Source of the DNA: Dendrobates tinctorius | Lineage: Eukaryota | Direction of reading: 5' to 3' | DNA: 64,000 nt | Assembly (NCBI RefSeq): GCF_039654945.1 | Contig: NW_027361819.1 | Span: 1,922,001-1,986,000, forward strand | Part shown: in pieces, positions 13,733 to 26,500 of the stretch | Layout of the letters: every line of letters starts with the position of its first letter | How positions within the stretch are numbered: the first letter of the stretch is position 1 | Position numbers and translations under genes: made by a program | The notes under the pieces: model-generated | What the model was told of the DNA's origin: nothing | The model's database searches: none | The model's input: the letters and a program-made list of their open reading frames with translations, nothing else

Positions 13733-16700
13733 CTGCTATAACCTGGGTGTATTATGTATATAATTATATATGTACAGCTGCTATAACCTGGGTGTATTAT
13801 GTATATAATTATATATGTACAGCTGCTATAACCTGGGTATATTATGTACATAATGATATATGTACAGCTGCTATAACCTGGGTATATTATGTACAGTATA
13901 TAATATATGTACAGCTGGTATAACCTGGGCATATCCTGTATTTAATGATATATGTACAGCTGGTATAACCTGGGCATCTCCTGTATATAATTATATATGT
14001 ACAGCTGGTATAACCTGGGCATCTCCTGTATATAATTATATATGTACAGCTGGTATAACCTGGGCATCTCCTGTATATAATTATACATGTACAGCTAGTA
14101 TAACCTGGGCATCTCATGCATAAAATTATACATGTACAGCTGGTATAACCTGGGCATCTCATGTATATAATTATACATGTACAGCTGGTATAACCTGGGT
14201 ATCTCCTGTATATAATTATATATGTACAGCCGGTATAACCTGGGCATCTCCTGTATATAATTATATATGTACAGCTGGTATAACCTGGGCATCTCCTGTA
14301 TATAATTATATATGTACAGCTGGTATAACCTGGGCATATCCTGTATATCCAAAATTCTAAAATAGCATGGTCGCTACCTCCTAGGGTCCCAGCCACTTTT
14401 ACCTCCTCAACCATTTCCTCCCTGTTTATAAGGATTAGATCCAAGGTAGCAGTTCCCCTTGTTTTATCCCCTACCTTTTGGAAGATAAAGTTGTCAGCAA
14501 GAGAGGATAAGAATTTCCTTGACCTGTTAGTTTTGCCTGAGAGAGATTCCCAACAAATGTCTGGATAGTTGAAATCTCCCATGACAACTATGTCATATTT
14601 TTTGGAGAACTTGGCCATCTGATGCATAAAGAGTTCATCCATATCTTCAGCTTGCACAGGCGGCCTGTAGTAAATGCCTACAATGGTGTCCTTTCCATTG
14701 TTCTGTCCTTGTATTCTTACCCAAACAGTTTCCACAGAACTCCCAGTCTCTGAAGCTTCAATCTCTGTGCAGATATACGCGTTTCGAACATACAATGCGA
14801 CACCCCCTCCTCGTTTATCAAGTCTGTTTCTTGCAAATAAGTTGTATCCTTCTAGTCTTGTATTCCAATCATGTGTGTTGTCCCACCAAGTTTCAGTGAT
14901 TCCAATGACATCATATTTCTACATCATTATATATGTACAGCTGGTATAACCTGGGCATCTGCTGTATATAATTATATATGTACAGCTGGTATATCCTGGG
15001 CATCTCCTGTATATAATTACATATGTACAGCTGGTATAACCTGGGCATCTCCTGTATATAATTATATATGTACAGCTGGTATAACCTGGGCATCTCCTGC
15101 ATATAATTATATATGTATAGCCGGTATAACCTGGGCATCTCCTACATATAATTATATATGTACAGCTGGTATAACCTGGGCATCTCCTGTATATAATTAT
15201 ATATGTACAGCTGGTATAACCTGGGCATCTCCTGCATATAATTATATATGTATAGCCGGTATAACCTGGGCATCTCCTACATATAATTATATATGTACAG
15301 CTGGTATAACCTGGGCATCTCCTGTATATAATTATACATGTACAGCTGGTATAACCTGGGCATCTCATGTATATAATTATACATGTACAGCTGGTATAAC
15401 CTGGGTATCTCCTGTATATAATTATATATGTACAGCTGGTATAACCTGGGCATCTCCTGTATATAATTATACATGTACAGCTGGTATAACCTGGGCATCT
15501 CATGTATATAATTATACATGTACAGCTGGTATAACCTGGGTATCTCCTGTATATAATTATACATGTACAGCTGGTATAACCTGGGCATCTCCTGTATATA
15601 ATTATATATGTACAGCTGGTATAACCTGGGTATCTCCTGCATATAATTATATATGTATAGCCGGTATAACCTGGGCATCTCCTACATATAATTATATATG
15701 TACAGCTGGTATAACCTGGGCATCTCCTGTATATAATTATACATGTACAGCTGGTATAACCTGGGCATCTCATGTATATAATTATACATGTACAGCTGGT
15801 ATAACCTGGGTATCTCCTGTATATAATTATATATGTACAGCCGGTATAACCTGGGCATCTCCTGCATATAATTATATATGTATAGCCGATATAACCTGGG
15901 CATCTCCTGCATATAATTAAATATGTACAGCCGGTATAACCTGGGCATCTCCTGCATATAATTATATATGTATAGCTGGTATAACCTGGGCATCTCCTGC
16001 ATATAATTATATATGTACAGCTGGTATAACCTGGGCATCACCTGTATATAATTACACATGTACAGCTGGTATAGCCTGGGCATCTCCTGTATATAATTAT
16101 ATATGTACAGCTGGTATAACCTGGGCATCTCCTGTATATAATTATATATGTACAGCTGGTATAACCTGGGCATCTCCTGCATATAATTATATATGTATAG
16201 CCGGTATAACCTGGGCATCTCCTGCATATAATTATATATGTATAGCCGGTATAACCTGGGCATCTCCTGCATATAATTATATATGTACAGCTGGTATAAC
16301 CTGGGCATCTCCTGTATATAATTATATATGTACAGCTGGTATAACCCGGGTATCGCCTGTACATAATTATACATGTACAGCTGGTATAACCTGGGTATAT
16401 TATGTACATAATGATATATGTACAGCTGCTATAACCTGGGTATATTATGTACAGTATATAATAATATATGTACAGCTGGTATAACTAGGGCATCTCCTGT
16501 ATTTAATGATCTATGTACAGCTGGTATAACCTAGGCATCTCCTATATTTAATGATATATGTACAGTTGGTATAACCTGGGCATCTCCTGTATATAATTAT
16601 ATATGTACAGCTGGTATAACCTGGGCATCTCATGTATATAATTATACATGTACAGCTGGTATAACCTGGGCATCTCATGTATAAAATTATACATGTACAG

Positions 16701-18444
16701 CTGGTATAACCTGGGCATCTCATGTATAAAATTATACATGTACAGCTGGTATAACCTGGGCATCTCATGTATAAAATTATACATGTACAGCTGGTATAAC
16801 CTGGGCATCTCATGTATATAATGATACATGTACAGCTGGTATAACCTGGCCATCTCATGTATATAATGATACATGTACAGCTGGTATAACCAGGGCATCT
16901 CAAGTATACAACGATACATGTACAGCTGGTATAACCTGGGCATCTCCTGTATATAATGGTATATGTACAGCCGGTATAACCTGGGCATCTCCTGTATATA
17001 ATTATATATGTACAGCTGGTATAACCTGGGCATCTCCTGTATATAATTATATATGTACAGCCGGTATAACCCGGGCATCTCCTGTATATAATGATATATG
17101 TACAGCCGGTATAACCCGGGCATCTCCTGTATATAATTATATATGTACAGCCGGTATAACCCGGGCATCTCCTGTATATAATTATATATGTACAGCTGGT
17201 ATAACCTGGGCATCTCCTGTATATAATCATATATGTACAGCCGGTATAACCTGGGCATCCCCTGTATATAATTATATATGTACAGCTGGTATAACCTGGG
17301 CATCTCCTGTATATAATTATATATGTACAGCTGGTATAACCTGGGCATCTCCTGCATATAATTATATATGTACAGCCGGTGTAACCTGGGCATCTCCTGT
17401 ATGTAATTATATATGTACAGCTGGTATAACCTGGGCATCTCCTGTATATAATTATATATGTACAGCCGGTATAACCCGGGCATCTCCTGTATATAATTGT
17501 ATATGTACAGCTGGTATAACCTGGGCATCTCCTGTATATAATTATATATGTACAGCTGGTATAACCTGGGCATCTCCTGTATATAATTATATATGTACAG
17601 CTGGTATAACCTGGGCATCTCCTGTATATAATTATATATGTACAGCTGGTATAACCTGGGCATCTCCTGCATATAATTATATATGTACAGCCGGTATAAC
17701 CTGGGCATCTCCTGTATGTAATTATATATGTACAGCTGGTATAACCTGGGCATCTCCTGTATATAATTATATATGTACAGGTGGTATAACCTGGGCATCT
17801 CCTGCATATAATTATATATGTACAGCCGGTATAACCCGGGCATCTCCTGCATATAATTATATATGTACAGCCGGTATAACCTGGGCATCTCCTGTATATA
17901 ATTATATATGTACAGCCGGTATAACCTGGGCATCTCCTGTATATAATTATATATGTACAGCTGGTATAACCTGGGCATCTCCTGTATATAATTATATATG
18001 TACAGCTGGTATAACCTGGGCATCTCCTGCATATAATTATATATGTACAGCCGGTGTAACCTGGGCATCTCCTGTATGTAATTATATATGTACAGCTGGT
18101 ATAACCTGGGCATCTCCTGTATATAATTATATATGTACAGGTGGTATAACCTGGGCATCTCCTGCATATAATTATATATGTACAGCCGGTATAACCCGGG
18201 CATCTCCTGCATATAATTATATATGTACAGCCGGTATAACCTGGGCATCTCCTGTATATAATTATATATGTACTGCCGGTATAACCTGGGCATCTCCTGT
18301 ATATAATTATATATGTACAGCCGGTATAACCTGGGTATCTCCTGCATATAATTATATATGTACAGCCGGTATAACCTGGGCATCTCCTGTATATAATTAT
18401 ATATGTACAGCCGGTATAACCTAGGCATCTCCTGTATGTAATCA
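13733..18444. repeat. 45-bp minisatellite (tacagctggtataacctgggcatctcctgtatataattatatatg)n
   Basis: Tandem 45-bp period. The unit contains the AT palindrome tatataattatata. Source of the long repetitive ORFs in the track. Confidence 0.97.
14349..14920 (-). mobile_element. CR1-type LINE ORF2 fragment (APE-like endonuclease region only)
   Basis: Open frame [12 protein letters not shown]...RGGGVALYV...GIYYRPP...[11 protein letters not shown]...[11 protein letters not shown]...[10 protein letters not shown]. No RT domain and no 3' tail. Confidence 0.9.
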
Positions 18445-18719
18445 TTTACAGTTTTGCCGTGATGCACATTTTGCAGGATTGTGGAGCCCGATCTGTTCAC
18501 ATCATTTCTATAACCACAACCACTTCCTACAGTTACTCTGGGCTGGAGGTGGTGGTGCTGAGCGGCGCACACCTACACTGCCAGGAGAATGCAGCGCCAC
18601 ACCGGCTCCTGTAACCCCTTAATTCCTGGATGATTTACACCTTCACACTGATGTCTATTACTGTCACATTCTGGTATCTGTGAATTCAGTGCAAATGATG
18701 GAGATAGATTTACACTTGA

Positions 18720-19400
18720 TGTCACCACTGCTCCTTGATCCAGAAGAGCATTTGTGGGGTCAGACCCTGATGTTTTTTTTTGTGGGGGGGTCCGGTCACT
18801 ATCTCCATTATAGGATGGGACTGAGGTCCGGGCACTGTGCGGCCGATCATGTTCTTACCTCCCCACCCCTCCATGTCTGTATGGACCTTGTGCACTGGAC
18901 ACAGTCATGGGGGACAGAGAAGGTCCATCCCCAAACTGTTCCCACAAAGCTGAAGCTACAATTGTCCACAATGTCTTCTGCTAAAGATGAAGATTTCCCA
19001 TCACTGGAGCTGAGGGTCCGAGGCCGCCCCCTGATAATGAGCCCCCAGCATTATCCCCCTCCACCATCTGTACAGGGGGCACAATGCAGTCAGGGGGGTA
19101 ACGTCCTCCTGGAATCACCAAACCCAGACTCCTCCATCAGACGCAGACACAGAAGTGCAATCCATCACCGCACAGAACACGTCTCCTCTAGGGTCCAGTG
19201 GTGGCGGCTTTACACCACTCCATCCAACACTCGGCATTGTGCTTGGTGATGTACGGCTGATCAGCCATGAAGCTCCTGGCGGGGGCGCAGTGTTTGTACT
19301 AATGCCGGATGAGGTCTGGACGCTGCAGTTAACTGGTCAACAGAGCGGTGGGGACTTTCATGCACCTGGTGATCCCGCTCATGCAATTGGTGGGTGCGAG
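18720..19400 (-). mobile_element. Highly decayed Tc1-like transposase remnant
   Basis: Resembles antisense Tc1 coding sequence (cccccagcattatccccctccacc, ccaaacccagact...ccatcaga, ctttacaccactccatccaacactcggcattg). No intact ORF; ends uncertain. Confidence 0.55.
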
Positions 19401-21192
19401 GCTGCAGGCAATTGCCAAATTGGAGTAAAATGTGTATAAAGTAGGGTCTATGCCCTGTGACCACAGTGTCAGGGTGCAGGTGCCGGCTGCATTGTGGGTG
19501 ATGTAAAGGGCTGATAAAGTCAGAGGGTGCAGAGCAGCAGCATCCGGGAATATGTGCAGATTGACACTAATCACAGAGCCGCGCACTGCTGTCTGCACAT
19601 CTCCTGGCGAACAAGCCGGCAAACAGCTGGCCCGGGATCTTGAATATTGGGAGTAGTCCTCCAACCGGGCACCCCCAACACCGGAACACGAGGGCAGATT
19701 TCCAGAAGAGAGGTCAACGTCCGGACCCCGATTGTAAGTATGCGAATCCTATTCTTCTCGGCCCATGGTGGATGCCCAATTGTTCACCCCGGTGTCGGAT
19801 CTGTTATGGACCATTTGTAGCACCGCCGTCCCCTATGGTGACCGGGAGCCTCTGAAAACCCTCAAGCCCCTATATATTTAAGATGATTATGATCGTACGT
19901 GAGCGTCATTGGATCGGGGTGAAAGAAAGGTCCATCGAGGGATAACGAGAGCACCAAGGCCCATGGGGACCAAGCATGAAAAAACAACAAGAGCTCGGCC
20001 TTGGCAAACTTAATTTTATAAACTGTGTCTGAGAGGCAACTATAGTGTAAGTGGGGCATATTTTTAAGGGTAAGATTCCAACTTTAAGGGGACTCATTTT
20101 CCAAATGGCCAGTCACTAATCTAGATGGCAATAAGCTAACCCATATTCTTCTGTTAACGGGGAGCGGAGTTGCTTCCTCTGTTTACGACACGTTCGTGAA
20201 CAGAGATAATGTGGCCATTGGTTTGCGAAAATTGGTTCCGATTGATGGAGCAGGTTGCTCTTGTCCGAGGAAAATATCCGCTCCTTGTCCGTCAGATATA
20301 TTATGTTCATCACTCAACTGCGAAATCTAACAAACACCAATATATCTCTCAAAACACAATGTTTAAGAAGGAGAGAATCTATTGCCGGAGCTGTCTCGCA
20401 AGGTTCCATTACTTATTGCCATGTGTCTGACAATCTTCTAGCTTTTGCCTTCTTGCAAGAGATGGTGGGCTTCATCCTAGGCCTTACAAGACAACGTGGC
20501 GCCAAAACATGAACCCAATATTTTTAAATCTGTAAAGCCCTCAAATTGATAAATTCCCCTAAATGCGAACAATGGGTGGTGTCAATGATGGAAGGTCACA
20601 ACCTTTAGACATAGTTTTTACATGATCTACAATCTCAGGACCCTTTTATGAAGTCATCAATGACTCTCAATACTGAAGTGTTGATACCAACAATATGGGA
20701 CTGCCATGGGGTCACTAGACGTGAAATAGACCCATCTTCATTTCAAGGTGTAATGTGAAGAACTCGTTAGGTCTCCACTAGCTTCAGTACATGGATGGAG
20801 GAATTGTTGAGTGTCACGATGGATCTCTTCTCTAATTAGATCAAGAAAGGAGGCTAAACGGCAATTTTCTTGCATTTTAGTTATTTTAACTATGACTTCT
20901 GATAATGGGGAGCTAAGTTGGTTTCTCTGTTTATGATATGTCAGTGAACAGAGATAACGTAGTAGGTGGCCATTGGTTTGAGTAAATTGGTTCTGGCCCA
21001 AGGAGCAAAGTGCTCTTGTCGGAGAAAAATATCCACCAAAACACGGACCGGATATTTTTAAATGTGTAGCCCCCCTAATTTATTCCCCAAACACCAACAA
21101 CAAGTGGTGTTCATGATGATGGAAGGTCGTCACAACCTTTAGACCCAACTTTTACATTATCTACAACATACCATAAAGTAATTAATGACTCT

Positions 21193-21379
21193 AAGGAACA
21201 GTAGAAGAAAAACGTAGCACTCGCCAGCATAAATCAGATCAAATAGTCCTTTATTCACATACGTGCCATGGACAGCAAGTGGACAAGCAGGACATGTGAG
21301 ATGTGCGGGGAAGGGAGGACGAAGGCTGTTTCGCGATTACTCGCTTCTACAGGTCCAGGTGCCACAACTTGATGACTCT
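21193..21379 (-). mobile_element. Short (187-bp) insertion with a variant hammerhead-like motif, probable Penelope-like/retrozyme remnant
   Basis: Flanked by the direct repeat atgactct (21185-92, 21372-79) and absent from the paralogous segment near 20660. Hammerhead-like fold at 21356->21317. Confidence 0.6.
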
Positions 21380-23594
21380 CACAACTGGAGTGCTGATACC
21401 AAAGAGATGGAACTACCATTGGGTCCCAAAAGATGAAAGAGACCCCATACCCATTTCAAGGTATAATATAATGGGCTTGTAGGGTTCCCTCTTTCCACCA
21501 GCTCCAGTACATGGATGGAGAAATGATTAAGGTTCATGATGGACTTCTTCAATAATGTAATAAAGAAAGGAAGCTAAACTTTTAACTTTTCTTGTCCTGG
21601 GGTTTGGTGTGAGGCTCCAAAGATTCTTATGTTTGTTTTTGATGAGCTATTTCTTTTGAGGTTATCTTCTAGTATCCATGTACAGGATGACTATAGGAGG
21701 GAGTTTACCCAACTTTAGAAATTGTTTCCACCATCGAACTCTAAAGTTAGTTGGAGATCAGTCATTAAATCCAGACAGAAGAAGAGTGTGGCAATGATGT
21801 TCTATGAGCACAACACATTGAAGAGGACGATAAAGTCACTACCTCAGGTCCAGCCATCAGCTCACTTGATGGCTTTCCAGGACAAGCCGTGGGAAATATG
21901 GATAGACCATCGCCACCAGAGAGACTCCATTTTGGCTATTAAATAAAAAATCTTGCGCAGCCAGGCCCCATTTTATGATTTCTTTTAGTGAAACAAACCC
22001 TTTAAGTCTGTATCTCCAATTTTATAACTGGGTGGTCCTGTTATAGGTCTACTACACAGCCTTGAGACCTTTATCAGGGTTTACAGCAAATCTTCGAGGT
22101 TGTCTATGACATCTCTGTACATAAACCACCCTGAGGTCTGGTATGGTGGCCCCGGGTCACACAGCTTCTTTCCTCTTTGCTCATTTCCTCAACTTTTTGC
22201 TCTTTCTTGTGTGAAATGCTTCAGCAATAACATTTTCTTTCATGTGTGACCACACAACTTGTACAACACAGAAATAAGGGGTATCTCCACCCAACAGGTA
22301 GGACACCTCTGAAGATGTGGTGGCGCAGATGGTTTATATCGTGAAGGAAGCCGGCAGCCATAAGGATTGTCACACAACTGTCCTAGAATATATCTAACAT
22401 TTCGAGAGATGTTTGGCATGGGGGTGGACCAAGTGATCTATCAAACCAATCCTGAGATAGGTGTTAGGTTCCCTGACCTGGAGAAAAAACTGCAAACACA
22501 CAAAGTTTACTGATCTATTAGTTCTACATATTGTATGTCCAGGTAACGACAGGAACATCTTCCGTTTCATATCCAGTCACGACAACTATTGTGTCACTAT
22601 CTAGAATGTCCTACGATGCAATATAACAAGGGTAAGCTGAGAGGATGGCAGATAGTGACTGCGATAAGCTGACAGCATCTGGCGCTCATCTTGGAGACTG
22701 ATTCTTCTCATCTTCCTTCCCATCCGAAATATCTGATAATCTTCACTTCCTACAGAGCAGATTGAGACCTGAGCTTCACCATCTAAAAGAACCAGAACAT
22801 TAATGCTTGGAGAGCAAAATGTCCTGTGAAAGCTGAGGAGCCCGATACATAATGAGGAAGTGATATCATATTTATATTCTAATATTAGGACATAAACTTT
22901 TACTTTCTGGTGTTTGAGATTGTGGTGGGACTTCCTTCTGGGATAGGTGAGAGGGAGCTTCCTCCTAGAACATTTCCCATGGTAATCCTACCAGATAAGA
23001 TAATGGGTACCAACTAAAAGTCCACCTGCCAGCATATAGCGGAGATGCTTTATTTCCCCCACAGATACCAGTGATATTGTTGCTTTTGCACCCCTAACGC
23101 ATAACCTCATGAGGTAGGGTTAATTGTTTGATGCCTTCTCTGGATCATTGGGTTGATTCCCCCAATTCTTGTTGGCCAAGTTCCACGAGTCGGTAGACAA
23201 GAGATTCCTGCACAAGTTCTCACCACTCGTGGGTCACACAGAAGCGATCTCTATAGTTCACCTGTATTGACAGCTCTGGTGACCATCAATGTCTGTCCAT
23301 GTTTATTTTGCTCTTTTTGTTCCCTATGGAACCCCCTACCCGCGGCCCACTCAAAAGTGCTCAGAAGACACACTAATATAATGACTAAACCTGAAAACTC
23401 TGTAGGGTGAGAGCAGTCACTGCACCAATCAATGACACCAAACCACAAGACCCAGATACGACGAGGTCTCAGTCTTCTCATGCAGAGAAAGCCAAGACGT
23501 CTTCCTCTCACATACTAGAATAAGACATGCAACCGGCACAAAGATCTTCAACCAAAGGTCAGAGAAAATATTGATGTCCTACTAAACTTGAATT

Positions 23595-26500
23595 TAGGGG
23601 CAGCATTATAGTAGTTATATTCTTGTACATAGGGGGCAGTATTATAGTAGTTATATTCTTATACATAGGGAGCAGTATTATAGTAGTTATATTCTTGTAC
23701 ATAGGAGCAGTATTATAGTAGTTAAATTCTTGTACATAGGGAGCAGTATTATAGTAGTTATATTCTTGTACATAGGGGACAGTATTATAGTAGTTATATT
23801 CTTGTACATAGGGGCAGTATTATAGTAGTTATATTCTTGTACATAGGGGCAGTATTATAGTAGTTATATTCATGTACATAGAGGGAGTATTATAGTAGTT
23901 ATATTCTTGTACTTAGGGGGCAGTATTATAGTAGCTATATTCTTGTACATAGGGGACAGTATTATAGTAGTTATATTCTTGTACATAGGGAGCAGTATTA
24001 TAGTAGTTATATTCTTGTACATAGGTGGCAGTATTATAGTAGTTATATTCTTGTACATAGGGGCGGTATTATAGTAGTTAATTCTTGTACATAGGGAGCA
24101 GTATTATAGTAGTTATATTCTTGTATATAGGGGACAGTATTATAGTAGTTATATTCTTGTACATAGGGGCAGTATTATAGTAGTTATATTCTTGTACATA
24201 GGGGCAGTATTATAGTAGTTATATTCATGTACATAGAGGGAGTATTATAGTAGTTATATTCTTGTACTTAGGGGGCAGTATTATAGTAGTTATATTCTTG
24301 TACATCGGAGGCAGTATTATAGTAGTTATATTCTTGTACATGGGGGCAGTATTATAGTAGATATATTCTTGTACATAGGGGGCAGTATTATAGTAGTTAT
24401 ATTCTTGTACATAGGGGGCAGTATTATAGTAGTTATATTCTTGTACATAGGGAGCAGTATTCTAGTAGTTATATTCTTGTACATAGGAGCAGTATTATAG
24501 TAGTTATATTCTTATACATAGGAGCAGTATTATAGTAGTTATATTCTTGTACATAGGGGCAGTTATTATAGTAGTTATATTCTTGAAAATAGGGGGCAGT
24601 ATTATAGTAGTTATATTCTTGTACATAGGGGGCAGTATTATAGTAGTTATATTCTTGTACATAGGGGGCAGTATTATAGTAGTTATATTCTTGAAAATAG
24701 GGGGCAGTATTATAGTAGTTATATTCTTGTACATAGGGGGCAGTATTATAGTAGTTATATTCTTGAAAATAGGGGGCAGTATTATAGTAGTTATATTCTT
24801 GTACATAGGGGGCAGTATTATAGTAGTTATATTCTTGTACATAGGGGGCAGTATTATAGTAGTTATATTTTTGTACATAGGAGCAGTATTACAGTAGTTA
24901 TATTCTTGTACATAGGAGCAGTATTATAGTAGTTATATTCTTGTACATAGGGGGCAGAATTATAGTAGTTATATTCTTGTACATAGGGGGCAGTATTATA
25001 GTAGTTATATTCTTGTACATAGAGGGCAGAATTATAGTAGTTATATTCTTGTACATAGGGGGCAGTATTATAGTAGTTATATTCTTGTACATAGGAGCAG
25101 TATTATAGTAGTTATATTCTTGTACATAGGGGGCAGAATTATAGTAGTTATATTCTTGTACATAGGAGCAGTATTATAGTAGTTATATTCTTGTACATAG
25201 AGGGCAGAATTATAGTAGTTATATTCTTGTACATAGGGGACAGTATTATAGTAGTTATATTCTTGTACATAGGGAGCAGTATTATAGTAGTTATATTCTT
25301 GTACATAGGGGACAGTATTATAGTAGTTATATTCTTGTACATAGGGGCAGTATTATAGTAGTTATATTCTTGTACATAGGGGCAGTATTATAGTAGTTAT
25401 ATTCATGTACATAGAGGGAGTGTTATAGTAGTTATATTCTTGCACTTAGGGGGTAGTATTATAGTAGTTATATTCTTGTACATAGGAGGCAGTATTATAG
25501 TAGTTATATTCTTGTGCATGGGGGCAGTATTATAGTAGATATATTCTTGTACATAGGGGGCAGTATTATAGTAGTTATATTCTTGTACATAGGGAGCAGT
25601 GTTATAGTAGTTATATTCTTGTACATAGGAGCAGTATTATAGTAGTTATATTCTTGTACATAGGAGCAGTATTATAGTAGATATATTCTTGTACATAGGG
25701 GGCAGTATTATAGTAGTTATATTTTTGTACATAAGAGCAATATTATAGTAGTTATATTCTTGTACATAGGGGCAGTATTATAGTAGTTATATTCTTCTAC
25801 ATAGGGAGCAGTATTCTAGTAGTTATATTCTTGTACATAGGAGCAGTATTATAGTAGTTATATTCTTGTACATAGGAGCAGTATTACAGTAGTTATATTC
25901 TTGTACATGGGGGCAGTATTATAGTAGTTATATTCTTGTACATAGGAGCAGTATTATAGTAGTTATATTCTTGTACATAGGAGCAGTATTATAGTAGTTA
26001 TATTCTTGTACATAGGGGGCAGAATTATAGTAGTTATATTCTTGTACATAGGGGGCAGTATTATAGTAGTTATATTCTTGTACATAGAGGGCAGAATTAT
26101 AATAGTTATATTCTTGTACATAGGGGGCAGTATTATAGAAGTTATATTCTTGTACATAGGGAGCAGTATTATAGTAGTTATATTCTTGTACATAGGGGAC
26201 AGTATTATAGTAGTTATATTCTTGTACATAGGGGCAGTATTATAGTAGTTATATTCTTGTACATAGGGGCAGTATTATAGTAGTTATATTCATGTACATA
26301 GAGGGAGTATTATAGTAGTTATATTCTTGCACTTAGGGGGCAGTATTATAGTAGTTATATTCTTGTACATAGGAGGCAGTATTATAGTAGTTATATTCTT
26401 GTGCATGGGGGCAGTATTATAGTAGATATATTCTTGTACATAGGGGGCAGTATTATAGTAGTTATATTCTTGTACATAGGGAGCAGTGTTATAGTAGTTA

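Larger units (their letters stand above)
1..17258 (+). repeat. Segmental duplication, copy A (visible part); recurs at 47417-64000
   Basis: Position 1 (gcttacaccagggtttctg) recurs at 47417. The ORF track repeats with an offset of ~47408-47416. Homology runs off both window edges. Confidence 0.97.

Noticed and set aside
14871-18572. Very long ORFs (up to 674 aa; also 61973-64000) of repeated [10 protein letters not shown] / MPRLYQLY peptides
   Set aside because: Artefact of a 45-bp (multiple of 3) minisatellite that is stop-free in several frames on both strands.
22560-23410. Possible upstream 5'UTR exons of LAT (donors near 22632 and 23408)
   Set aside because: Splice-like signals only, with no coding or transcript support.
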